Source of the DNA: Octopus vulgaris
Taxonomy: Eukaryota
DNA: 64,000 bases
Direction of reading: 5' to 3'
NCBI GenBank assembly: GCA_951406725.2
Contig: OX597822.1
Span: forward strand, 102,610,001-102,674,000
Positions 42,729 through 57,700 of this stretch are shown here, piece after piece. Made by a program: the position numbers and the translations under genes. Each line of letters starts with the position of its first letter. Position 1 is the stretch's first letter. The notes below the pieces were generated by a model. It saw nothing but the letters and a program-made list of their open reading frames with translations. It did no database searches and was not told where the DNA came from.

Positions 42729-45700
42729 CATGATGGGCTTTCTACAGATTCCATCTGCCTAATTCCCTTATATGGTATTGATCATCTCAGAGCTTACACT
42801 ATAGTCCCAAGACAACTGAACCCAAAATCATGCAGTTACAAAGAATACCTGCATAGTTAGAAATTCCTATCTACTGTGCACAGAATATCTCCCAAATGAC
42901 AGAACAACTTCATTTAAAATAGCCGATGCCAGAGATTTAAATACATTTTGAAAGAACATCAAGTAAACTTACACGAATTTTCTTCAACCAGATTATTTCA
43001 TTATTCAATAAAGTTTCAGCGTTTGGTAAACTAACTTCACTACTATAAGCATGATTGAGTAGCCTGAAGGTAAAACCAAAAGAATGTTATTTTTACAATC
43101 AATAAAACCAAATTTGAAAAAAAATTTTAAACAAATTTAAGTTAAGCCCCTTGGCATTTAAAGTGGTGATATCTGGCCCCAATATTCTACATATGTTGGA
43201 AATGACTAGATCCAAACTCTCTCACCAATCCTACAATGTCATTCTAAAAATATACAGTCACATCACTAAAATCTCAAAGCCACGAGGTAATGCAGAATTA
43301 ATCCAAAATGATGTGAATAGATAAGAATTACATTTGACAGAATATTTTGAATGAGAAACAGCTGAACACACAATACAAAATTTAATTGCAAATATTAAGT
43401 CAAACAAAACATTTGTTTTGAAACAAATATTTCCAGATCAACTAGAAGGTTTATAAATTTACTTATCATCGTTCACCATCATTTTACATAAACCTCATGC
43501 CAGTATGTGTTGGAGAGATCATCACAGTTTAAGTTATTTCTTATCTGTTGTTACTGCTCTCCTACATGGATTGGAAGACAACTTTACAGAGTGTACTGGG
43601 TACATTTTGGAATGACAGCGACAGAGAAGAGACTGTTACATCTGCAACAAGACTAAATTCTCATCATTGATCAACCACTTCAAAGAATCTACTGAGTGCA
43701 TTTTACCACAGCACCAGCAACTAGAGACTTTGTCTTGTCTTCTGCAAGAGGAGAGTCCCACTTTACTGTATGTTGCCACTATTCATTCAAGGCAAAAAAT
43801 GATCAAATCAAGAGGGTGAGTATGAGTTTAGATGTGATAAGAGAGACAGAGTAATAAGGCGGCATGCTGGCAGAAATGTTAGCGTGCCAGACGAAATGCT
43901 TAGCAGTATTTCGTCTGTCGTTACGTTCTGAGTTCAAATTCCACCAAGGTCGACTTTGCCTTTCGTCCTTTCAGGGTCGATAAATTAAGTACCAGTTAAA
44001 CACTGGGGTTGATGTAATTGCCTTAATCCCTTTGTCTGTTCTTGTTTGTCCCCTCTATGTTTAGCTCCTTGTGGGCAATGAAGAAATAAGAGAGACAGAG
44101 TAATAATAAAAAGAGGGTGGTAGGAGAGGGAATAATGGAAGAGAAACTGACAGGATGACAGGAGAGGTAATGTTTAAGAAGAGACATCTCGAGGAAGGAA
44201 GCAAACATTTAGTGACCAAACAAAAATGTGTTAAATGAGCTATGGGTTTTCAAATTACACTTTTGCTTTAAAAAGGGGGCAGACACATTGGCTAATGTAG
44301 TTCTAATCAATGAGCATAAAAAGGATGGGATGGATATGACTTGAATGCCGTTGCGTTCACTCAGAGCTGACCAGGGGCTAAAGACAGAACTTGTAAATTG
44401 ATATCAAAACACACCAAGAAACTATTATTACACTGTCATATATATGTCCTTCACAGAGAAAGGGCTAGATCAATCTTAAGTTAATGAAATCAACTGGTCA
44501 ACTGTGTATATTTAGTTACCATAATAGGTTAAGTTATTGCATGACTTTAGTAAAGTCCACTAGAAGTACCAAATAATTAAAGAAAGCCTTGGTACTCTGG
44601 TTACTTTCTGTTTAAAATCAATGTTCTTGCTCAGTACATTTACAGTAAAACAGAACTCAATCAAAACAAACTGACATTGCAGTTTTGAGCGAATTTAAAA
44701 CAGTCGGTTCTAAGTAGAGATACAGCACTTTGATGTGTGGAAATCTAATGCAATAAAACAGGTTTACATTTATAAAATTTCAATGACTACCAACCCCTGA
44801 GCTTACTTTCACTAAGATTACTTTTTCTATAAAATTGCTATAGAAGTTTTGGGGAAAAACAAAAGGATAATTTCTGTTATTGTAGCAGTTATTGAAATAA
44901 GAGAATAACATTAACATACCGACACAATAAATGAAAATATTCGTGTGCTTGCTTTGCATTTTCCTTCACTGTACTCTGAAATGAAATACAAATTGACTTT
45001 TGATATTTTTCATTAACAGTTTTGACAGTTATTGAAATCTCTAAATAGTTTTTATTGTTCAAAGACAAAACAGACATACGCAGAGAAAGGAACAGATAAA
45101 TTACTTGCAACTATGAAACAACTTTAAATGATGAAATAAGATCAAGCTAAGGGATTTGGTAAGGAAAAGGATTTATTCTCCTGATTGGATGAATTAAAAC
45201 TGATATGGATTTTTAGCTTTTTAATTAGATGTGATAAGAGAGCCAGAGTAATAATATTACTACACTCACAGAGTGGTTGGCGTTAGGAAGGGCATCCAGC
45301 AGTAGAAACACTGCCAGATCAGACTGGGGCCTGGTGCAGCCTCATGGCTTCCCAGACCCTAGTCGAACCGTCCAACCCATGCTAGCATGGAAAACGGACG
45401 TTAGACGATAATGATGATGATGAATTAATAATTTTTGTAAAATATCATTTAAAAATTGGGAATTTGTTGAGGATGTATTGGTTTTAGCAAATAGTTTGGT
45501 AAATAAGATAGAGTTACAAATGGGGCATAACCAAAAAGTGTTATATAATCATCACACATAACTGCACAGGTTTGTCAAGCTAAATTTTACTCAAGGAATT
45601 TAGTCAGCCTGAGGAGGCAGGAGAAGACACCAGTTCAATAGACAGTACAGTGGGATTGAAGCTGGAATTATGTAACTGCTAAGTAAACTTTTTAAACCAC

Positions 45701-48700
45701 ACCATCCGAGAGTGATCATTGCCAGAGCAGCTAACTGGCTTCCATGCTGGTGGCATGTAAAAAGCACAATTCAAGCTTGATCGTTACCAGTATCGCCTTA
45801 CTGGCACTTGTGCTGGTGGCATGTGAAAAAACATTTGAGCGAGGTCGTTGCCAGTGCCACTGGAGTGGCTCCTGTGCAGGTGGCATGTAAAAAAACACCT
45901 TTCCGAGCGTGGCTGTTGCCGCATGTAAAAGCACCCACTACACTCTCGGAGTGGTTGGCATTAGGAAGGGCATCTAGCTGTAGAAACTCTGCCAGATCAG
46001 ATTGGAGCCTGGTGCAGCCATCTGGTTCGCCAGTCCTCAGTCAAATCGTCCAACCCATGCTAGCATGGAAAGTGGACGTTAAACAATGATGATGATGATG
46101 ATGACAGCTATGCAGGTACCAACAAAACTGCCACAAACCAAAAACCTGTCAAAATCAAGGGTTTACTTACAGACAGCACAGTAAAGAGCAAAGTGATGAA
46201 GAAGGGTAGAGGTCGATTTCCACTACTACATTTTGTAGCCATTTGGAAAAACTGCTCAGCAGCCCATGTACGGATCTCCCTGAAAATAACGAATAAATAT
46301 ACAAAATGAATAACAAATAATAAACTGCAATGTTATATTTAAAATTTAGAAAAAGATTTTTTCTCCTGTTTTTCAAGTCAAACTTAAGAGAAAAGAAGGG
46401 AAACTAGCAAACATTACAAACAAACTGAAGATTATGAATTCACAAATACATACCTGTTTTTACAAAGAAGGAGAAGATCGATGATGAAGATCTGCCATGC
46501 TTTGTCTTTATTAAGTGACTCTAAAGCAGCAGGACAAAGTGCCAAACATACAGAAAGCAGTTCTAAAGCTTCACGGGTAACTTCAATGTCTTCGGGTTCA
46601 GTGTTTTCTTTACCCTGCATAAAACATATTTGCAAAAATCATGAGATAAACATACATTCATTCATCTGTGTATTGTCTCGATTTAGAAACAACAATTTTT
46701 TAAAATAATAATTTTTTTAAAAATAACAAAGATGACAGATATAAGTACACAGTCCTTACCTTTTCAACAATCCGATGAATTTCTTCATTAGAGTCATGAA
46801 CCAAATGCAAAGAACCCGTGCATGATGACCAGGCTATTTTCTGAATAGCTTTAATAGTGTTCAAATCAGGAAGAGCACCGAAAGCCTAGAAAACAAGGGA
46901 AACAATATATTATATCATATTACATACATACACCATCACCATTATCACCATTTAATGCCTGCCTTCTATGCTGGCATGGTTGTCAAGCTAATTTTTACTC
47001 AAGGCATTTTAGTCAGCCTGAGGAGGCAGGAGAAGACACCAGTTCAATAGACGGTACAGTGGGATTGAAGCTGAAACTATGTAACTGCTAAGTAAACTTT
47101 TTAAACCTCACCATCCGAGAGTGATCGTTGCCAGAGCAGCTAACTGGCTTCCATGCTGGTGGCATGTAAAAAGCACAATTCAAGCTTGATCGTTACCAGT
47201 GTCGCCTTACTGGCACTTGTGCTGATGGCACATGAAAAAACATTCAACAAGATCTGACGAGCCAGAGGACTGCATCAAGTTCCAAAGTCTGCTTTTGCCC
47301 AGTTTTTATGGATCAAAGCACTTCCTAATGCCAACCACTTTTCAGAGTGTATTGGGTGCTTCTTTCGCAGCACTTCCCCTCAACTAAGGGGTGGTGCAGT
47401 ATTGAGGGAAGTGGCTTATGCCAAATGTTGAGAGGTTTAAGTGTGAAAGAAGGACAGGAACGGGTGACTTGCAGAGGAGATATATTGTTACTCCAGCTAA
47501 CAGGAAAGAAAACAGATGGTAGTGGTAATGAGATAAAAAAAAAAAAGGCAGCAAGCTGGCAGAATCGTTAGCATGCCAGGCAAAATGCTTAGCGGTATTT
47601 CATCTGCCGCTACGTTCGGAGTTCAAATTCAGCTGAGGTCAACTTTGCCTTTCATCCTTTCGGTGTCGATTAAATAAGTACCAGTTTAGCACTGGGGTCG
47701 ATGTAATCGACTTAATCCGTTTGTCTGTCCTTGTTTGTCCTCTCTGTGTTTAGCCCCTTGTGGGTAGTAAAAGAAATAGGTATAAGAAAGTATAAGAAAG
47801 AACATGGACAGAGGATTTGAAAGGGTGAGTGAGAAGGTAATTTGTGAAGGTTTGAATGGAGAGTGGCAAATGGTTAGAAATAGAGATAGAGATGAATGCA
47901 GTAAACAAGGGTGGAAGTATAGTTAATGGTGAATATCAATTTGAGGGAAAAGGTGAACAAAAAAGAGATGGGTCAGACAGAAGGAGGTAACAAGTAACTA
48001 TACAAATGAAAAAGGAGAGTGAGGGACAAACAGTATAATAAAACTGTAGATGGAAGTGAAGTGAGGTAGTGAGAGAGGAGTGCAGAGCAATAGAGGAGGG
48101 GGTGAGAGGAACATACAGGTAGAAAGATGGAGAGGAGTGTTGAAGGCAGATAGGAGAGAGTGTTTTGGAGAAAGAGGCATTCAGTGCAAAGTATCGTGGT
48201 TTGGAGTGATAGTGAAAATGTGGGATTAGTGACAAAAGATGTGGTTCCAAAGAGAAGGATAACTGATAGCACAGAAGAGGGTCATATAAATACAGCACTT
48301 GAGTGAGTGGTGTCATAGAAGAGTGATGGAGTCATAGAATGTGTAGAGAAGGGCTTCACAGAGACAGATTGGGTGTTGAGGGCAGAGACATAAGATGCTT
48401 TCAAGATGTCATTTTTGCTGAGAAGGAACAAAAGGAATGCAAACTCTACTTTAGGTATTCCACAGGTAGTGCCATTGATATCATAAACTGCACCCAGTCA
48501 ATGCTGAACAAGGGTTGGTGCAGGAAATGGTACTTGGTTATTAAACATAACATACACCACAACAAAGTTGGCAGTGTTGTTGTGCATGTCAGATGATGAA
48601 GGACTATGACAAGTGGTAAGACAATGTAAGACCCATTTGTGCCAACATGAAAACATGAATATAAATATGATATTTGTCTTTGTTTTTATGAGAGGCTTCC

Positions 48701-51700
48701 CCCCCCCCGTATTGATATACTTTAGTCTATCAGCCTCCTCTGGCATGCCAGCTTCCTCTAGTCCCAGCCTCCTCTGGCCCCTGTGCCGGTGGCACGTAAA
48801 AAGCACCCACTACACTCATGGAGTGGTTGGCATTAGGAAGGGCATCCGGCTGTAGAAACACTGCCAGATCAGACTGGAGCCTGGCGCAGCCTCCTGGCTT
48901 CCCAGACCCAGGTCAAACCATCGAACCCATGCTAGCATGGAAAACAGACATTAAACGATGATGATGATGATGATATATACATATATCTCACCCTGTTTTG
49001 GGGAACTTTTTAAAAATTCAATTCCCTATCATTTTATACATTGTTTAAAAATCTATCATTTACTCTGAACAAATGATAACCACTCATATTCGGAATCACA
49101 GTACCAGAGTGACCGCTCATAGTTTGGCCATTTAGTTACTGTCACTGAAAGTTGTTCTACTAATGAGAATTTGGTTGGCTCAAATTCTATTGCAGGTACA
49201 GCACAGAAAGATGAGCTCTGCCAGGTTGAAGTTCTCGATATACTAATAATGCAATTAATTAAGACCACTACTGCTTTCGTTTTTTCAATTATGTCTCATC
49301 ACTTGGATACATTTATTCAAAAATAACCATCAAAATTTGACTAATCAGTGTATGATATGATTGTATGATTGAGCTGCCTTTAGCTGAAATTCATAAGACA
49401 TGATAAACTTCTATAATGCATCTAATTACAAAAGCAAAATACCACAAATCCTAATTAATTTTCAATATTTTCGAAAATATCTCATTTAAATATGTTTCTA
49501 GAAATAAAAGGCTCCTTTTAACTCTTTTGATACAAAGCTGCCTGAGACTACTTCCAGCATCTATGATACTAACTTCCTGTTTTAAAATGATTTAAATTAA
49601 AAACTTACTTTAAGAATACTAGCTTAATAATGTTAAAAGTTATTTTACTAAATTCTTTATTATTTTTGAAGTGCATCTCTACAGAAGAAGATAATGTTAA
49701 CAAAAGGCTTAATCCTCTCACATAGAACAATGATCTCCAACTTCAACAGCAGACAGCAAATTTTGAAATATTGAAGAGTTGTTTAAGCTGACCTTAAAAC
49801 ATGACTGGTATTTTATCAACCCTCAAAAGGATGAAAAACAAAACTGACTTTGGTATATGATCGAAAAAGAATATAGCTCATAAATAAGATAAATGTTCGG
49901 CAAGCGCAAGTGTGGTCGGCAAGCACAAATGTGACCATAACCTTGAGACCTATGCTAGGGGGTGTAACCAGTCCACTTATGCATGCCTTTTCTTCATTGG
50001 ACACTAAACTCTGCTTGCGAAGACCAGTTGAGGCAAGTGAAATCAAAGTCGAAATCAAACTCAGTGACTGGCATCTGTTGCTAGTGGAGCACTGAGAGTA
50101 CCATACGAGTGAGATCGTTGCCAGAGCAACAAGCTGGCCTTCGTGCCGATGGCATGTTAAACACACCATTCGAGCGTGATCATTACCACACCACCTTACT
50201 AGCACTTGTGCTGTTGGCACGTGAAACATTCAAGCGAGGTCATTGCCAGTGCCGCTGGACTGGCTCCTGTGCAGGTGGCACATAAAAAGCACCATTTGGG
50301 CGTGGCCGTTGCCAGTACCACCTAACTGGCCCTCATGCCGGTGCACATAAAAGCACCCACTACACTCTCGGAGTGGTTGGCGTTAGGAAGGGCATCCAGA
50401 TGTAGAAACTCTGCCAGATCAGATTGGAGTCTGGTTCGCCAGACCTCAGTCAAATCGTCCAACCCATGCTAGCATGGAAAGTGGACGTTAAATGATGATG
50501 ATAAGTTAGAGGATATAAATGTACATCCTAGATGATTAATAATTAGAATTGTGTTAATTAGTTTTACCTGTTCTTTCAGTTGTTGACCAAGGCGTGCAGC
50601 CACATTCCTCAATGTGAACTCAGATGTTGAGTTGGGGATGTATATCAATGCTTGTTGAAGAGTAACTGCATAATTATGTTCATTAACAGGGATTGGAGTG
50701 GTCTGAGAATCAGCACTACAAGCATCAACTGCAACTTGAACTTTGGCATGGCCAACAGTTGTGGTCATCAATTTGCAAATCTTCAGAACTGTCACATAGG
50801 CACTCCTAAAAACCAAAGAAATTAATAATAGATCACTGGAATTTACATCAATCAATTATATTATTTACATAAGATTAAATTATGTAAGAGCATCGTATTG
50901 GATAGTGAAATAAAAGATTGATGAGAAAAAAGGAGCTTTTAAGCAGTACATTTTTGATTTATAATATTCAATGATATGACAGTGAAATAAGTGATGAGAC
51001 AGTTAAATAGAATATTTATGGAAAAAAAAATACAAAGACAAAGTCTTCTAAATGGTACTTTTCATATATTTATAAAGAGACTATTTCTTAATTTTTACCG
51101 GTTTTACCAATCGGACAAGAGATGCACAGAAGTAAATCAACAGTCTAGAAATTTTTTACTATATTTCTGCAGATCAAAAATTACCTTTGATCTATAACCA
51201 GAGGAGGATCTTTGTATTTAAGAGCAACCATGCATCCCGCTGTCTGGTGAGAATGAAATTGATCTGGCTAGCAGAGTCACCTGATTGATAGGTTATCAGG
51301 TGGCTAGTTGGCTTCCCAAAGTTGGGGTTGCAGATCAATAGGTTATTTGCACACCCTCACTACCTCTATGACCTTATCCACCCATTTCTCTGCAAGAAGT
51401 ATGCCCACACCTTCTTTTCCATCACTATTACCTTCCCAGAAGAGTTTATACCTATGTGTTTTACCTGTGAGGACTCTGGCTGAAGCTCCTCTCCATCTTA
51501 CCTCTTGTACGCAACATACATCAACATCATTTATTTCTTGAGTGAAACCCTATTGTTTTATGATGAAATCAACCAGGTTATGGTCCAGAAACTAAGGCAG
51601 GTATACAGCATTTCATGTTTCTGTCTTGTTTCTATAGCTTTAATGGACTACAACATAATGTCGAACAACTGTTTTGCTTGTAGAAATATGTGTACTCCAG

Positions 51701-54700
51701 TATAACTTCTAGAATTTCTGAAGATATTTTATATATTGACTAGCAGTATCGCCCAGCGTTGCTCGGGTTTGTAAGGGAAATGACTATATAAGCATTTTTA
51801 GAGAGTTACTTCCTTTATAGATGCCAATTCGGGCTTTCTTAGCCATTTCTGTTTTGGTGTCTTCAAGCCATGAAGTCGTTGTTCTAAAAGAACGCTGGTC
51901 TCCTTGACAACGCATTACGACGTTGATTTCCTTAAACTCCCTTCCCCACAGCTTCACGAGGGAGGGAAGAAGGGGAGAAGCAAACACAGGTGCAGGTGTT
52001 TGAGCGTGGACGCCAACTCCGCTGCCATCGACACACGAAAAATTATGCATTAAAATGGAGAAAAAAATGATGTTAAATTATTTTTTAAATCGTAGACCCA
52101 TCGTAGACGCGCGCTAATAGCCAGACGGGCTCGATATGAATTACGACTATAAGATACCCGGTTTTGGTTAAACTGCACCGCAAAATGTGGGAGGAGTTAG
52201 GAATCTAAATCGTAGGAGACAGACACTCACACAACTACAGTTTTATATATATATTGATTTGCAGCTTGTCTGGTGATTCAAAGGAAATAAGTTAGCTGCA
52301 AATTCTCAGAAGAACAATTTATTTTCTTATATCTTGCTTATCAGAGAGAAAAGCGTCCACATATTTAATGATAATTGTAGTGAAGTTTCATATTAGCAAT
52401 TCGATAAGCTAACTTACCTTCTAGTAGGGAGATCAGCATTTGGCAAGAAATTATTTTTCATTAACATATTTAAAGATAATTGTACACCACCACTACGTAC
52501 AAAATTATACTGGAAAGAGAAAGAAGAGATCTTTTTAAGAATGAGGAAACAAAACCAACAATCACAAAATTCAAATATTAACCTAAAATTCAAACATCAC
52601 TATACTAATTTCATTCAACAGGCCACACCTGTATATTTAAACCTCTAGTAATCGGATTATTCTGTCAAATGTAATGCATATTTATACACGTTGTTTTGAA
52701 TTGATCGTGCATAATCTTGTCGCTTCATTATTTCAATGATGTGACTGTATATTTTAAGAATGACTGGCACTTGTGCCCCTGCTAGTAGGGTGCCAAGAGC
52801 ACCATCCGAGCGTGATCGTTGCCAGAGCAGCCAACTGGCTCCGTGCCGGTGGCGCGCAAAAGGGCACCATTCGAGCGTGATCATTACCAATGTCGCCTTA
52901 CTGGCACATGTGCTGGTAGCATGTGTAAAAAGATTCGAGCAAGGTCATTGCCCTTACCGCCTGACTGGCCCCGTGCCAGTGGCACATAAAAAGCACCCAC
53001 TACACTCTCGGAGTGGTTGGCATTAGGAAGGGCATCCAGCTGTAGAAACTCTGCCAGATCAAAATTGGAGCCTGGTGCGGCCATCTGGTTTGCCAGCCCT
53101 CAGTCAAAATCGTCCAACCCATGCTAGCATGGAAGGCAGACATTAAACGATGATGATGATGATTGTTTAGTAGGTGTGAGAAACTGGATCTGGTTGATCT
53201 GAACATAAAACAGGTAGAATATTTAGGCCAGATACGGTCAGTTTAATTGCTGGAGGGTTAAAGTAAATAGCAAAAAATAAGCACTAGTATGCTACTATTT
53301 GTCCTTTGAGTAATGATAAATAGAATAAAAATAAACAAAAAGGACAAGGAAGGACTGATAATCGCTTTCCATTAGGACATTAACCCTTTCGTTACTAACC
53401 TGGCCAAAACCGGCTCTGGCTCTGTAGTACAAATGTTTTGTTTTCATAAGTTTTGCATCAAAATATACCACCAAACGTTAGTTGCAATTTATATTCCTAA
53501 CACTAGTTTAATGATAGCTAAGTTATTTTACTAAATTCTTTGTTATATTTAAAATAATTGAAAGAAACACAGAGCATCTCAAAATAAATACGGTAACGAA
53601 AGGGTTAAAGAATTTTACCACATGATTTTAGAAATACCTTAACTGTTATGTGACATATTTAACTGTATATAAAATTATTATGTTTGTTTATTGATACACA
53701 TTCTCCAATTATTCCTATGAGAAGTATGAATTTGTTGATAGGTGTAATCAAAGCAATGTTGAAAAAAAAACAAAAAAGCTGCTAATCAGTTCTTGATAAT
53801 CATAATGAAGAAAATTAATATTCTAAATTTGGAAACTATTTCAATAAATTTAAAACTCGAGAATAAAAATAGAGACTTAATTTTAATAGTTAATTATATC
53901 TTTAAAATATGAATAACATACACAACATTAAATAAACTTTAAATCTATTTAATGTCTAATACCAATAATTACAAAAAGGTTTACCAAAACTGTAATATAA
54001 TAAAACAGTTATAAAATAGGAGTATATACGCATATAATTATTTTAATGGCTAATCAAGGAAGGAAGAGCAGCACTCTTCTGAGAGTGGTAGGAGGAAGGG
54101 AGCAAGTTATCTTCAAACTGGAAACCTAGCCCAGATGTTTACAAAAGGGGCCACTGCTACAGACACCCAAGGGCCAGGTGATGGCATTAAACTGAGTAAC
54201 AGATAATGTCTTTCACCAAGAACAGATATTCCCTCCAAAGGGCTTCCACAAAGTTTCCGTCTGCCATATTTTACTTACAACACTTTGTAGAAGATGCTTA
54301 CCTATGATGCCATGTAGTGGGATTGAACCCCAAAACATGCAGTCATGAAGCAAGCATCATAATGACACAGCTATACCTGCACCCATTACACAGATAGAGA
54401 GACTTTTGAATGCTCAATGTTAAAAATGAGCTCTGTCTTGTTTCAAATACAGTCGTCATCATCAGCGTTTAACGTCCGTTTTCCGTGATAGCACAGGTTG
54501 GACAGTTTGACCGGGGTCTGGGAAGCCAGGAGGCTGCAACAGGCTCCAGTCTGATCTGGCAGTGTTTCTACAGCTGGATGCCCTTCCTAACGTCAACCAC
54601 TCCGTGAGTGTATTGGGTGCTTTTTATTTGCCACCGGCACAGGTGCCAGGCGAGGCCGGCAATGGTCACGATCGGTTGGTGCTTTTTACGTGCCACCGGC

Positions 54701-57700
54701 ACAGAAGCCAGTCAAGACGGCGCTAGAATAATCTCCCATAGGTTTTTCTGCTGCACATGGCAGCTAGTAAAGTTAGGCAGGGGGTAATAGCATCTCCATA
54801 TAACTAAACTTTTACCATTTAAAAATTTATTTTTAATTACCAGAATAGTTTGAACTAATGCACATTATGTGTTGGCTGTTGAAATATTAATCAAGAATGG
54901 TAAATCTGGGAGCGGTTTTTTTTTGAGTTGTATGTAACATACAATATAGAGTGAAACATTTAAATGTTTATTAATAGTTTGTATTGAAACAGTGATAAAA
55001 TAGAAGACAATACCTGAAATTCAAAAGCATCATCAGAAATTGGAGCACCTGCTGGCATCAGCAGACTGTAAACCACCTGAAAAAAAAAAAACAACATAAA
55101 TATGTACAAACAAGTATTTATAAGAAAAATTAGTAAATGAATATGAAAGAAAAAGAAAATAGAAATTTGGAAAAAATTAAAGAAAAATGAAAGCCCAAGT
55201 TTTATTTCTACATACCTCTACATTGTAGAGAACTTGAGTTGAGGAGCCAATAAAAAACATGCTCTCAAGGGCAGCTGAAATACCACTTTCAGCTCTGGCA
55301 TGTTCCATACATATACTGCGGAATTTCTCCATTGTATGGGTATCTACAAATAAAAATACAAGGTGAGTGCATATCCATAAAAATGTAGTACAATATCAGT
55401 TCTAGACAATAATACATTACTGTTATGACTTCAAGATCTGCAGGTTGGACCTCACTAATCCAGGTTTCACAAACCCAGAAGTTTTTATGGTCCCAGGACA
55501 GTGATTTGTATCTGATGATCATTAGTTTGCATGGTAGCCACTTGACCAGCTGTAGCACCCCAAAGCTTATGTTATGTTTGTCACAAATGACTTTTTACTG
55601 ACATCTTAACCCCTTAACCCTTTCATTACTGTATTTATTTTGAGATGCTCTGTGTTTCTTTCAATTACTTTAAATATAACAAAGAATTTAATAAAATAAC
55701 TTAGTTATCATTCAACTAGTGTTAGGAAAATATATTGTGACTAAGGTTTGGTGGAAGATTTTAATTCAAAACTTATAAAAACAAGACATTTAGTAACCAG
55801 AGCCAGAGCCGGTTTCAGTCGGGTTGGTAACGAAAGGGTTAAGTCTGTCTACTGAGTGACCAGTTAGTGAACATGGTGGTAACACAGTAAAACATTAAAC
55901 ATGGCATTAACTCTGTTACAAAGGCTGTCAAAGTCAACTACACTTGAACTATGTACTAGCATTAGTAACAGGCACGGGTATAGCCGTGTGGTTTAGTGTA
56001 CTCTCCAACCATGTAGGCTCAGGTTCAGTCACACCGCATGGCACCTTGAGTAAGTGGTTTCTACTTAAGCCCCAGACCAACTAAAGCCTTATCATTGGAA
56101 TTAGTAAATGGAAACTGAAAGAAGTTCATCATATATGTGTGTGTGTGTGTGTAACATTGTTTTGATATCATGTGATGGCTGTAAATGAGTATAACCATCA
56201 TACAAACAATGTTTGTATCCAGACTTCCGTGGAAAACCTGTTTGGCTATGAGGGAAATATTATCTCACTGGAAACAGGTGAGAGTTGGTGACACGAAAGA
56301 CAATCCAACTACGGAAAAGCTGCCTCAGCAAATTCATGGAAAAGAGAACATTAAATGATAATGATGATGATGATGAAAACACGTCTAATACTGCTGGAGT
56401 ATAATATCAGGAGGCAGTAGATAATGTAATATTTTACTGAGATATATACTCTTCACTAGTGATGGGTGCAGAATTCTGTATAAGCTTTATTATTATTATT
56501 ATTATTATTATTTCTAGTATGGCTAATTGGTTAGGGTGTTGCATGAGGGTACATGGCTTAGTGGTTAGACTTACATTCACGATCCAGCAATCATGATTTC
56601 AATTCCTAGACCGGGTGGTATATTGTGTTCTGGAGCAAAACACGTCATCTTACATTGCTCCGCAATCACTTCGATACTTGACGCAGGGTACACCATGCAC
56701 CTGTTCAGACGTCTATTTGATGGAGGGAGTGAGCAAATATGCAGCACCATAAACAAATTATGTGTACAAATCGTTTGGCAAAAAACTGAACACTTATATG
56801 TTGTCTTCGACGGAAGTGTCCATCATTATTATTTCCCACAGTGTAGCATCAATGAATTTAAAAACTTGCAGCAACCTGAAAGATGCATGATGCATTCCTA
56901 AATCTGAAACCCCCTTCGGTCATGACACAGACCATGGCATTGCACCTAGAAAGTTGCCCTCCCAGGCACGTCTGGGCAAGGTTGTTTATGGAAGACCAGC
57001 AGTCACCCATGCATACTGGCCTCCCCTCTCCACGCAACCAGTGTTATCCATGGGAAAGGCCGATACAGCTTGGTACCTGTAATGTCGCAACTCATTTCTA
57101 CAGCTGAGTGAACTGGAGCAACGTGAAATAAAGTGTCTTGCTCAAGAACACAACACGCAGCCCAGCTCAATGCTCTAACCACTGAGCCATGCGCCTTCAC
57201 ATTCCTAAATAGTTCTTTTTAAATTTATATGCAAGGTTCCAAATATATACACATACAAATAATAATAATAATAACATACCAGCTGACATAATTTTTAAAA
57301 GAGCTCTAGCTGTGTCTCTTAATTTTGGTAACTGAAGATGACAACCTAAGTCCGACAGTTGGAAAAGAAATCCTGTGTAGCGATTCACTTGAGCCATAAG
57401 CTGGAAAAAAGACAAGAGGAAGAGAAACATTCAGCAAAAATAGAACAGAGTTAAACTGATTGGTAATTTTAATATGAAGATTATTCTCATATTTACACTA
57501 AAAATAATATTAGCACCATCACGCTGCTGCCCAAAGCATATCTTTTGAGATTTGCATGTACCACATTTCTAACAAACTGTTAAATTTCTCAAAGCTCTAC
57601 ATCTTTACTCCTCATCATTCACCACTTAAATTACTCTATAACAAAATACTTCACTCTTTAACTCCTTAGCATTTCCACTGACAATATCTGAGCCAAATAT

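Noticed and set aside
47800-48320. ORFs of 99-126 aa in a purine-rich tract
   Set aside because: Low-complexity GA-rich sequence with no recognisable protein motifs.
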